Of a stretch of 64,000 nucleotides of DNA, positions 12,001-18,326 are shown in pieces. Every line of letters starts with the position of its first letter. Position 1 is the first letter of the stretch. The position numbers were made by a program, and so were the translations under genes. This stretch comes from Candidatus Omnitrophota bacterium (GTDB lineage Bacteria; Omnitrophota; Omnitrophia; Omnitrophales; Aquincolibacteriaceae), in contig JAYTHE010000043.1 of NCBI GenBank assembly GCA_043732705.1, forward strand, positions 9,067 to 73,066. Reading direction: 5' to 3'. The notes under the pieces are model-generated. The model did not search any database. It had not been told where the DNA came from and saw nothing but the letters and a program-made list of their open reading frames with translations.

Positions 12001-15000
12001 TGTGGATGACATGGAAATGGCGGTTCGTCAGCTCTCAGCTTTGGGTGCGCACCCGGCTGCGCGCGCATGGATAAAATATTTGCGCATGATGCGTGAAGGT
12101 AAAATCAATGCGGGCCATATTTTTATGCTAAAGCAGTCAGAATTATCGGAAAATGCTTTCCGACCGTTTGCGTCGAATTTCTGGAAAATAAAACTGCTGG
12201 ACGCTTTTTTTAATCAGCATCCGATTTTCTTTCCCCCTTTTCTTGGTGGAGCACAGCGCTTAATTGGGATTGCTGACTTTTGGCCCGGCCTTTTGCCAGC
12301 AGAAATGGGCGTGGAAGCGGCCAAAGAATTAAATGGCTTTATAGTTTGGTATTTATTTGAGCTTCATGACGGCCAGGCAATTCAATGGCCGGTCAATTTC
12401 CCTCTGCGGGAAATAATTCTGCAGTCTTATCTCCGGTTTTTGTCGGGGCTTTCGGGAGAAGTTATGCAAAACTTTACTCAAGAGCTGAACGAAGCTGAAT
12501 TCAGAGCGATCGTGACGCAAGCTTTGGGCGGTCTTATTGCCAGTCTCCAAGACATTGCCAAAGCGATAAAAACTGATTTGGACGAAAAGCAAAAACTGAC
12601 CGATTTGGATCGCGGAAAATTTGTGGAGTTGCTTGAAAGCGGCCACTATGGAAGCGCGCTTGCCCTGCTCCGCCAAAACGAGGCCCTTTGGAAATATTAT
12701 TTTAAATGGATGCGGCGGCTTGATTACGGCTATATGAATGCCCTGCGGTTGATGCAGCAGCTTTTGCGGGCAGGATGGGGCGAAGAGGAATATGTCCGCG
12801 AAACTGAAAGTTATTTGCATAAGTTTATTCATCTGATTGAGCCGCGCTTGATTCGCAGAATGCTGGCGCGCAATATTCTTTTTCAATTCGCGTTGTATCA
12901 ATCCATTCGCTTTAAGCTGTGGTTTGATGATGGTGTGGGCGGATATGGGGAGATTTATAATGACAACTTGCAGTTTCAATATAATTTCCTGCACTCGAGA
13001 GAAAAGACGATTCAAAAAATTATGACCCGCAAGGCTCTTAAAGAGCTGGAAGACATTGCCGCGCGTACTGCGAAGGGCCGCTATCTTCGGCTTGTTCAAG
13101 AGCTTATCCGAGCGAGATTTCTACAGCGCTCTGAAATGCGGGAACCGTTAAAAGCGTGGGTTGAGCAAGCGCTGGATGAACGGGCCGTTGTCGACCCCTC
13201 GAAAAGAGCGGAACTTTTGCGTATCTTTTCGATTATGGCCGCTGATTATGAAGAGGCAGTGCTTGATAAAAAATTTGGAATGGCACCAACAACAGTCGAA
13301 AGTTATTTACATGCTTTTGTGAAAGAAGCGCTCGGAAACCTTGATGCGGATGCGAAATGGATTGAAAAGCTTGCGCAGGGCGCACGGCTCATTTTAAAAA
13401 AGAAACTTTATCCGCATGGCTTTGTCGCCTATCCGCTGCCGGCAATTTTATCAGCTTTGCGGGAACTTAAAAAGCAGCCCGCGGAAGCGGATGCGTGGTT
13501 TCAAGCGGTTGATGAGACCCTGGCAATAAATCCAAGAATTAATCCGCAGGAAATTTTAGATGCCGCGATTGCCGCGGCAGGCGATATGGCTATATTCAAA
13601 CGCGAACTGCAAATGGTTCGTTCCGAAGCGCGAGAAATCAAATTAATTTTGCAGGGCTTCCGGCAAAACACGGAAGTTAGGGTGCTGTTCAAGCCGGAAG
13701 ATTCGGGCGATGTAAAAGCGATTCTGATCAAAGCAGGATTTGGACGTGAAAAGAAAGGCGCGCTGCGCTTGGCCGATATCGGCGAAGTTTTATTAGACGG
13801 GATTAATTTAGGAAAATTTTGGGACACAGCAGGAATTTTAAGAAACTCACAAAATATTATTGTGCGCCACAAAGATTACGAAGAGCCCCAGAAGTCCAAA
13901 CCTGTTTCAAGCGAATCTCCAAAAACAATTTTGGCGGCGGTAAAAACAGAGCAAAAAGGCCTGAGAATTTTTGCGAAGCCTTCATCGCGTCGACCAGAAA
14001 AAATAACATTTTCCTTGAAGCTTCCGCTGGATGATTTGATGACGCAGCGTTTGGAAAATTATGCCGAATGGTTCGCAACGCCAGAAGCGGAGCGTGCCGA
14101 GAAACCGCGCAACCAATTAAAATTCATTTCACTGGTAAAAGAAATAAAAACCGAGACTATTCGGATTGACGAACTTGCCACCGCTGCGGCAGAGGAAGAA
14201 AAGGGGCTGGAGGATGAACCGGGCAAGGAAACCAGCTATGTTGGATCAAATGCCAATGTTAGTGCGAAGGAAAAAGCGAAGCCCGTTGTTAAAGAATACC
14301 GGACTTTTGAAATTACATGGAATGCTCGCGAGGCAGGGGATGTTGATACCTTAAAAGGCATTCTCTATCAATTGGGTTATCAAAGCTCAATAATTCGGCT
14401 TCGATACCATTTGAATTTCGAAGTAAAGCCTGTCGCGGACACATTTGATCCGATCAATAACGGTGATGTCTTAACGGCTGTTTTGAATTCTGCCCGCAAC
14501 CGCGATGATGATCGTGAAGGTGATTTGGCTTTGGAGTCTTACACGCAGGAAATGCTTGCGAAACTAAAAATCAAAACCCCTGAAGAGCTGGCCGCTTTAC
14601 GCGCCGAGCGTGAAGAGGAGCTGATAGGCAAAATCGGCCTTAAGAGCGCTGAGATGGAAGCTTTTATTTCAGGAGATTTTCAGCCAGATAATCGGAATGC
14701 GAGTCTTTTGCACGAAGTTTGGAAAAAATATTTAGATGAGGGCATGCGCACCGCAATAATTACTTATTTTGGCTTGCAAGGAAATATCCCGGCGACCAAC
14801 AAAATTCATTTGGCCGCAGAGCTTAAAATGACAGCAACCGAATCCATCGGCAAACTAAGTATGGCAGCAGCTTATTTAAAAAATGCTTACCAGGATGGCA
14901 AATTGCCAAAAGCAAAGCCTGTCCCCAAAATAGTTGCGGTGAATCGGGAAGATGAAAAAAGCATTGTGCCACCGGAAAGTCCGATAACCACAAAAGAAGC

Positions 15001-18000
15001 GAAAGATATCAAGCCCGCGCCTGAAGTTCTTGCTCCGGCCGACCAAGTTTCTGTGTCGGAAGCCCTGACAGCTGTGCTAGAAACTAAACCTGCAGCCGAA
15101 GTCCCTGCGTCGGCGGGGGAGCAGGCAGAAGCATCAACGCGAGAACGGGAACCACGGCCCTATCTAACAATGTTTAAAACCGTTTGTCAAAAATTTCAGT
15201 TTCAAGCTTTTTCAAGACAGGAACTCTATGCAGAATTTTCCAATAAATCTAAATCTGTTATTGATGGGAGGCTTCAATCTTTTCTGACAGCGGGGTTAAT
15301 TGAAAAAGTTGAGCAAGTCAAAACTAAGCCCAGGATTTCGAGCTCAGAGAAAGCGTATAAACTAAAAGAATTTAGGGCGGATCAAACGGAGGCGCTTGAA
15401 TTCGCATTGGAAAGTTGGACTGATAAATATGACGAAAAGCTCGCTAAGTCGCTTATTGCGCGAGTGTTTTCTATTCAAAAAAAAGAACACGAAATTCTGC
15501 GCCCCGGAAAACCCAAGGAGGGAGATTTTTCACACACCGAAGGCTTTGTCGCTTTCGTTGAGTGGCTGTGGGAAGAATGGAAGCCATGGATTTCTTTGAA
15601 GCAGCCGGTTAAATTTGCGGCTCTAGGAGCGCGACTCATTAACAGCTCCAAATGGTTGCTTCCGCATCTTATGCAAAGGCTCGAAGCAAGCGGCTTGGCC
15701 GCCATAGTTTCATCTGCGGCGATTGGAATACACAATTGGATCACCATAACAAATTTTTCAGGCTGGAAGAAGGACCGTGTGAAGACAGCTCTTGAAGGAT
15801 ATCGCAAGCATCGCGATTTTCGGCGGCTGGCGGTAGAAATCAAAAATATTTTGATACAGGAAGAGCAGCCGTCCGTTGTGTCGCCACAAATGATTTTACC
15901 CGGATTCAAAGAAGTGTTTTCTCCCGCGCTCAGCGGACAGAAAAGCAAGCAGATGTCATTGCGAAAAGTAATGGAAGCGGCCGAAGTTGTTCGCCAAGAA
16001 AACGGGGATGGTTTTCTTGTAAGCACAAAAACCGTTGCAAAGCAATTGGGCGTTGCGCAAGGAGTGCTTGTCCGATTTGCAAACGATAATTCAATTCGAC
16101 TCAGCCGATTGCATATTTACACAAGGGAACCTGGCCTGAGGGGGCAACGCGAAAAAGTCCTACAAGAAATAAAGGCCGCGGCCGACCGCTTACGGGCGGA
16201 AAACCCACAGCATCAATATATGCCCTTTGCCGAAGAGGATTTAATTTTAGAAATGGGACGTTTTAAATCTATGAGTGGATTTGCATTCGAAATGAATTTT
16301 CTTAAAATTAAAGATCTCGCTTCTTATGGGGTTTTTAAAGCAAACACAAATTCGAATGACCTTCGGGAATGGTTAGATCGATATGCTGAGGTTTTGTTTG
16401 GCAAAAAAATATCAGCTGAGGCCATAAACGAAATTATGACTGTTTGGACTCCTCACAAAAATCACATAGGACAGAGCTGGAAAAAACGAATATCCCCCGA
16501 AACCGAAAAATATCTGGCGGCGCAGCAAAAATGGATACAGGAGAAACTGAAGCGCCGTGATAAGCAGCGCGCTGAATATATTCGCAGTTTAATAGATGAA
16601 GCGGTAAATGAGTATCATCTGGCGCAAAGCCAGCCTGGTTCTCCTCGTTTGAGGAAAGCAAAGTTTCGGCTTCTTGCTCTCGATCCTTTTCATCCCGCGT
16701 TGAGGGGAAAGAAAATTTCGGAAGTGGCGCCCAAAGCACCCAAGCGAGCAGATATGGGAAATAAAACGAAAAAGACAGCACCTATATTCAAACCTAATCC
16801 GATTTATGAAACGCAAGCGAAGCTGGGCGTGATCATTACGAGTCCAGCCGACATCGATTGGGAAAATCCAACGGAAGCATTACCGATTTTCAAGGAAGAC
16901 GAAGAGCTGGCTACGACAACGGAACGCGGGTATTTAAATTTAACTAAAATTCTTCCCGGTGCTTCGCTTGTGATCACCAACTTAGGGATTAAAGGAAAGC
17001 ACAAAGTATTTATTAAAAGCGGCGGCGCTGAAAACAAAAAATACAAGTTGGTGCTCCGCATTGAAGGTGTGAACGAAGAAAAAGCATTCTGGATTGGACG
17101 CTACCGGGGAAAGAGTTTGTTTGGTGTCGCTCTCGGTAAAAATCTGGACAAAGAAACTTTTGAGCTTTTAACTTTGGAAGAATGGAATGCGCGTTTTTTT
17201 GCTGAGCTTTTAACAAAGCCCGACGAGCTTTCATGGAGCCAAGCCATCGAGCCAAGCGGAAAATTTGAGGGTGTTGATCTTGGAGCGCTTAATAATTCCG
17301 GATACGGCAAAGTTTGGCTGGAGAAAAGTGTTGAGGCCGAAATTAAAATTGGCGGCAGACGGGGATATTCAGGCTATACTCCAAGACTTGTTTCGATTAC
17401 CGAACAAGACCAGCTATTAAAACTAGGAATTTTACTTACCAGCCCCGACAAAACAAAATCCGAAACCGTAGATCTGTATTTATCAGATTTGAAAGCAACG
17501 GCCCAGGGCAGTGGTTTAAAGGCGGCCACGACTGTTACCTATCGGAAACCTTCCGCGCGAGAAGAAGCTGTCGTTAATGAAATAAAGTCTGGTGAAACAA
17601 AAACCAAGCCACGCTCCGAAATGCGAGAAATCCAAAAAAATAATCCAGCGATTATGATTTGGCCAATGCAAAAAGTCGGAACAGTTTTAATTTCACGCGC
17701 CGAATTGCGGAATCTTCCCGAAGAAAATTTTCTGGCGCTTTATAAAACCGCCTACACACGTTCCGAGCTGCGTTTTTTAGTTTATGGCGAGGATTCATTA
17801 ACTGACTCCGAAGACCCCCGCGCTCAGATGCTCACCACGATTCCCAACGGGAGGGTACGCGTCAACTTTATCGGTGGTAACGAACCCAAAGCTTTGATGC
17901 GGGTTCCGGTTTCTGAACGAGCGGTGATCATAACGGGAAGAAGCGAGGCTCGCTTTTTAACTCTGCGCAAAGGAGTTTCGCGAGTAGCGGCTCAAGGCCA

Positions 18001-18148
18001 AGCCGCAATGTTGGCCTTAGGGCTTTTGTGGACAGTGAGCGATACTCCACTTAGTCAGAAGAATGGTTTTTTAAGCGATCCTTCCGGGCGTTTTACTGAA
18101 ATGACTCGAGCCTTTTTGTCCCAGCTTGTTTTTGCCTCAGCCGCTTAA
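2963..18148 (+). CDS. giant multidomain membrane-anchored protein (5061 aa) containing a Ser/Thr protein-kinase domain and recurrent RSE[MA]R motifs
   Basis: There is no stop codon for 15,186 nt. The start is GTG 2963, with in-frame alternatives TTG 2975 and GTG 2993. It lies downstream of a 290-bp AT-rich leader. A signal peptide, TM cluster, GH13-like motifs and kinase motifs are present. Codon usage matches the neighbouring genes. A perfect 15-bp hairpin follows the TAA stop. Confidence 0.85.
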   Translation: MKNKLLLHKYVAALLIVCLLVQDAAFAHGGPRTTSHEPRKKTWSVERGANLFNISSQLGSIEESFEGTNGKKIIFIQDAHDSLEAQENITRLVTRFVKQGVQTVFEEGYAGPVPTDAYFGDIKDSKIKHKVSFYYLDHLKLGGAEYAHINRRSRLAGDPRPEAREHKAANADWQLIGADDLPAYLENVRAFADSEKTREEIEENLRAIFRELANIAKAKFSRSAQSWIRDRLRYENNRLTVSDYIQRTLAPFDLNDQRKWPLLFAVQATSAQKENAEALLRGANPREILNELAAAETKLEARYFQSAEEIQLWHFLRAARRLAKLSELRLNPSDLNQLKTEMSALDTEKLAAWIAKEKSSPVVLSKKWESQIKSALRFYELAAIREQAVEKTLLDWRRETGDKRPTSEMGAGSVPSEARGLTPMVSSHDQNGTAVLVFGGFHKEGITGMLRKYGFSYCVITPKISEPSLKHQKLYREAMLSKGLRPSAAGLAAHAARAPDLFLTIPLSAARTEIRGLAEFATRSEIRALSLPEFSFQAEKRLEEIKRSEARASEKMEDWIHSIENELRKPKPDSAALEKIEAAAHAWVLQLKGLDGADELLSDEYFGADYRKVSTEERQWMRVFLAAAVVILAMDDPDLKQLRKLDDLIGQFNQKYNQSNWGWALVLFMKLALNRFVVEGPKLRTLLKLYGRGTRLPGEYKYKMAAFTLLLLGMHLGHDADPTDGPDLNPSSSLGLAVETLKHPEVLNEIPEPMREGILEALRVGLTHYVVSSWFWWKIGAPKLKKQLIQNRDLIRSVLAEMKSRSAQPAAIFVFGRKRWMNRRFFESDLRKQRPVAAWDEILLHPFKAENWSPFLLFVQARTSFGLPAPNETKQHATDAAYARIMDQLESLSDEPEQRSEARAREKQPSIFSIFHPWHAWYSLAWTVATGKWMFYLDGLRKELAKNKYAAPDWLGWVPDIAITAFALNFLVFFLTGLFVTKGTELRNDHQEKVALCFVFGAFMFVVLGEFLIPPPLNYFDWKDIGAYSIGLAMAITVRDIGLARLAKKIFFKETKSTRSEMREEKNDPLRAGEVLQKIFREGTWQPQELGMLFPDLDDSEKFRLPAFIFEAQLFIKTQNANLWEYLSRLLVVYVGPAGPWLYLYDAATLSVDLFIMSGVFLVLAWRSFSQIASLAQTRILFLKAFKSAHDAIIKERQVTADLTDTGDSSGRSEFRMPQEQGLANLTLAINVMDLGAEIQPDGKIIYKNSFEKLKQLLPVLQGMGIRKIYLYGLAEVSEISKKIHTVPDEGLHFISGGKATVMVETYTVRREEAGENEKIKLDDAHGNIFSIADLRKINPQYASSPSRAEKEFKSLTRLAHSLDIKITADFISWLAPDAINEKNYRQTFYYELSEVKNQEFRDQPDEAKKQAWINQELGRKEDGKLVHGSFFALRITENGAERVIMVKHLTPWGANADQVIPNPFHPDLKTYYKNALERLIDRGVDEVRVDIGHMLLKQNMRGYFEELRSKGMNLEDWLKANSFGLRKNEKFESWFDRQGDMWHEVVDHAKTYAIGHGKRIRFTMETYSPGEKQTLFAQGVNASYNKSILDTYGEIAKGDLRAYKFDDPVKHVFHDRPWALSFLTNFDQLSLAKFGGPSQAGFMLLVALSHLGVPSMIDLRDLMLHHGQIAKIVGGTWDANDSHHHAFAGESDFKMYGGTEALISEVGNAALGKVLKDFQNIHPGKKERYFDILNNEKRERYFSLGWLNEDGDWVIVLLDFWAHDDRLGEKKEFVKVGMPPSTPETHFKYQDYDAVDSEGRSLAWGRWLGEGGDPEVVSVHFDEAEKMAPYKIIKLKRKKEAPHLPAPAAVELTRETMLRHPFPEARLRELEKILSESAYADLREDAIFFALMDEDFFVRAYAANILADKVTNYKYESQPEAWIKHFINPLMSLDALNEKRIPGLLHFDPRRAARNKRNALLYAFARLREKNGSDRPVYRRTVTALFQNTLETQAREWQSENESKVTKILAEEGLKMGVGTAEPLNLAELLRLIYLRHLQKLKVLEKNEKDKFHWVTTALQKMVPPKSAAGKVIFSPARSEMRTLREQILENDFLREKFTDEQLVLSKPLSDHKNHGQIYPGRKQADGSQLFIKINPHAPGDDQYDSANKHLLREAKTLVELNQKGVAGIPKLIQIGITAGGQIWLRMAGIPDAQMFITDAWDSLDIEDQLELLAQMADIIASVHVQGFLHMDLKPKNFLFARGSTGKPQAMLIDFGSAAKLGEYIRHHGSELFAPPEINEFTPAKTPFDVFSFGRTLESVFGIFAKQHLTEYFKKNATEKNFSYLEKYGLGLLIEGMVLKEPSKRLPKTFFEVALILRDIRGRLLNEKPLPFWFRKKIEIDQWLKGKGYRDFDRVIAYPFAISRSEMRTQNKKDEAVRRSAILRAFKEGKMDGRQWPSEARLILDLFLRGRFSGRVAKEILEKFSTRTPRPEGLTTLLLSAQVALEKNLDAKWIPVLVAINHFPRSGKDVRARIKEYEKNIYPKAAPKKLKEAAETVYDRSRAPESIAEKGLIAGLSHSTEGLHAVLAFDETMRQLSGEPRPAMVDVLLGLDQLKSRRGGLSEEVKFLSGWLLLPKNEMRQRLVLWKTAEMMEVTGLEYLLIDDFLRRGAKSQQIKAYVYLFQAVTPAADESQAHAYRAWITGVLHEVSTVYHDRFAKHFKFRETTAATWPEAARKKMQRAAAYLWNEIESLPPLPPNGEYRQQIEDLKQLLILAANLGASSYVWRMIDALSPWKHFSVLSAFAYMFDDDGLLDKATARKAVHDFFDGYGKRRAEQADAFLDRVKKLDVLQGGSVKSIANYFKKNDSPLLDEGETRRWLELIKLLYEGEGSLSKQKTPARWKAKATKFTHEVTQKFKIDMAPYYSGLSGVIKYTIYEDGERLALTIKIKLPNHPGRPLVLLMAANTEVMFNEWSLLAALYLDLQNNRRPDAFDGDDGDSFARSEMRKEMYGLSREEISRILASHNPAGIKKVVDDMEMAVRQLSALGAHPAARAWIKYLRMMREGKINAGHIFMLKQSELSENAFRPFASNFWKIKLLDAFFNQHPIFFPPFLGGAQRLIGIADFWPGLLPAEMGVEAAKELNGFIVWYLFELHDGQAIQWPVNFPLREIILQSYLRFLSGLSGEVMQNFTQELNEAEFRAIVTQALGGLIASLQDIAKAIKTDLDEKQKLTDLDRGKFVELLESGHYGSALALLRQNEALWKYYFKWMRRLDYGYMNALRLMQQLLRAGWGEEEYVRETESYLHKFIHLIEPRLIRRMLARNILFQFALYQSIRFKLWFDDGVGGYGEIYNDNLQFQYNFLHSREKTIQKIMTRKALKELEDIAARTAKGRYLRLVQELIRARFLQRSEMREPLKAWVEQALDERAVVDPSKRAELLRIFSIMAADYEEAVLDKKFGMAPTTVESYLHAFVKEALGNLDADAKWIEKLAQGARLILKKKLYPHGFVAYPLPAILSALRELKKQPAEADAWFQAVDETLAINPRINPQEILDAAIAAAGDMAIFKRELQMVRSEAREIKLILQGFRQNTEVRVLFKPEDSGDVKAILIKAGFGREKKGALRLADIGEVLLDGINLGKFWDTAGILRNSQNIIVRHKDYEEPQKSKPVSSESPKTILAAVKTEQKGLRIFAKPSSRRPEKITFSLKLPLDDLMTQRLENYAEWFATPEAERAEKPRNQLKFISLVKEIKTETIRIDELATAAAEEEKGLEDEPGKETSYVGSNANVSAKEKAKPVVKEYRTFEITWNAREAGDVDTLKGILYQLGYQSSIIRLRYHLNFEVKPVADTFDPINNGDVLTAVLNSARNRDDDREGDLALESYTQEMLAKLKIKTPEELAALRAEREEELIGKIGLKSAEMEAFISGDFQPDNRNASLLHEVWKKYLDEGMRTAIITYFGLQGNIPATNKIHLAAELKMTATESIGKLSMAAAYLKNAYQDGKLPKAKPVPKIVAVNREDEKSIVPPESPITTKEAKDIKPAPEVLAPADQVSVSEALTAVLETKPAAEVPASAGEQAEASTREREPRPYLTMFKTVCQKFQFQAFSRQELYAEFSNKSKSVIDGRLQSFLTAGLIEKVEQVKTKPRISSSEKAYKLKEFRADQTEALEFALESWTDKYDEKLAKSLIARVFSIQKKEHEILRPGKPKEGDFSHTEGFVAFVEWLWEEWKPWISLKQPVKFAALGARLINSSKWLLPHLMQRLEASGLAAIVSSAAIGIHNWITITNFSGWKKDRVKTALEGYRKHRDFRRLAVEIKNILIQEEQPSVVSPQMILPGFKEVFSPALSGQKSKQMSLRKVMEAAEVVRQENGDGFLVSTKTVAKQLGVAQGVLVRFANDNSIRLSRLHIYTREPGLRGQREKVLQEIKAAADRLRAENPQHQYMPFAEEDLILEMGRFKSMSGFAFEMNFLKIKDLASYGVFKANTNSNDLREWLDRYAEVLFGKKISAEAINEIMTVWTPHKNHIGQSWKKRISPETEKYLAAQQKWIQEKLKRRDKQRAEYIRSLIDEAVNEYHLAQSQPGSPRLRKAKFRLLALDPFHPALRGKKISEVAPKAPKRADMGNKTKKTAPIFKPNPIYETQAKLGVIITSPADIDWENPTEALPIFKEDEELATTTERGYLNLTKILPGASLVITNLGIKGKHKVFIKSGGAENKKYKLVLRIEGVNEEKAFWIGRYRGKSLFGVALGKNLDKETFELLTLEEWNARFFAELLTKPDELSWSQAIEPSGKFEGVDLGALNNSGYGKVWLEKSVEAEIKIGGRRGYSGYTPRLVSITEQDQLLKLGILLTSPDKTKSETVDLYLSDLKATAQGSGLKAATTVTYRKPSAREEAVVNEIKSGETKTKPRSEMREIQKNNPAIMIWPMQKVGTVLISRAELRNLPEENFLALYKTAYTRSELRFLVYGEDSLTDSEDPRAQMLTTIPNGRVRVNFIGGNEPKALMRVPVSERAVIITGRSEARFLTLRKGVSRVAAQGQAAMLALGLLWTVSDTPLSQKNGFLSDPSGRFTEMTRAFLSQLVFASAA
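4819..6465 (+). other. transmembrane helix cluster of the giant protein (at least 4 strong TM segments)
   Basis: Hydrophobic stretches are IAITAFALNFLVFFLTGLFV, VALCFVFGAFMFVVLGEFLI, IGAYSIGLAMAITV, LLVVYVGPAGPWLYLY and LFIMSGVFLVLAW. There are also weaker ones such as VFLAAAVVILAM. Confidence 0.6.
6930..7990 (+). other. alpha-amylase superfamily (GH13/GH-H clan)-like TIM-barrel segment
   Basis: The pattern FSIADLRKINPQY..EFKSLTRLAHSLDIKITADFI resembles Y.xDY.IDP.YGT.EFK.LV.AH..GIKVILD. GVDEVRVDIGHML resembles GVDGFRxDxxxH (region II; R, D and H present). FTMETY carries a Glu. FLTNFDQ resembles FVxNHD (His replaced by Phe). Confidence 0.4.
8560..8700 (+). other. HEAT/PBS-lyase-like repeat
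   Basis: The sequence LRELEKILSESAYADLREDAIFFALMDEDFFVRAYAANILADK fits the HEAT-repeat pattern. Confidence 0.4.
9281..10060 (+). other. eukaryotic-like Ser/Thr protein kinase catalytic domain inside the giant protein
   Basis: There is a Gly-rich stretch HGQIYPGRK, a LFIKI (VAIK-like) Lys, a catalytic loop HMDLKPKNFLF, LIDFGSA (DFG) and ELFAPPE (APE). Confidence 0.8.
14905..15165 (+). other. low-complexity P/E/K/A-rich linker
   Basis: The sequence KLPKAKPVPKIVAV...PESPITTKEAKDIKPAPEVLAPADQVS...KPAAEVPASAGEQAEAS is low-complexity. Confidence 0.5.
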
Positions 18149-18164
18149 TGGTGCGTAGGGTATT

Positions 18165-18201
18165 TACTACCCTCCTAGCTCCCGGTGCTAGGAGGGTAGT
18201 A
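18165..18201 (+). terminator. perfect 15-bp stem hairpin 17 nt after the giant-gene stop
   Basis: The stems are TACTACCCTCCTAGC and GCTAGGAGGGTAGTA with loop tcccggt. There is no U-tract, so it may be a terminator or an RNA-stability hairpin. Confidence 0.5.
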
Positions 18202-18230
18202 AGAAAGGCTTGTTTAGTCGCACTGTCTGC

Positions 18231-18259
18231 TTGTTCCTTACGCTGACACCTTATATAAT
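18231..18259 (+). promoter_or_regulatory. sigma70-like promoter candidate for ychF
   Basis: The elements are TTGTTC, a 17-nt spacer and TATAAT. They are followed by a GGAGG RBS and ATG 18327. Confidence 0.45.
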
Positions 18260-18326
18260 GCGCGCTCTTCTATAGATCATTTCTCGGGTCTCGGGCCTCC
18301 GGCCCTGGGCCTTGCCGGAGGCAAAA

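Noticed and set aside
12353-13099. Minus-strand ORFs of 248 aa and other sizes (for example 15475-16026 and 9319-9705) inside the giant gene
   Set aside because: They are antisense to a continuous 15-kb ORF with good codon usage. They have no RBS and no recognisable motifs. Such ORFs are typical of GC-balanced antisense frames.
9197-17626. RSEMR copies as internal translation starts (each contains ATG)
   Set aside because: No Shine-Dalgarno-like sequence precedes the ATGs; the upstream sequence is CTCCGAA. The flanking Arg residues are conserved, which points to a peptide motif rather than a start codon.
2963-18148. Splitting the giant ORF into several adjacent genes, or calling it a pseudogene fusion
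   Set aside because: There is no in-frame stop, no internal RBS plus start pattern at domain boundaries, and uniform codon usage. Read-level evidence was not available, so it cannot be fully excluded.
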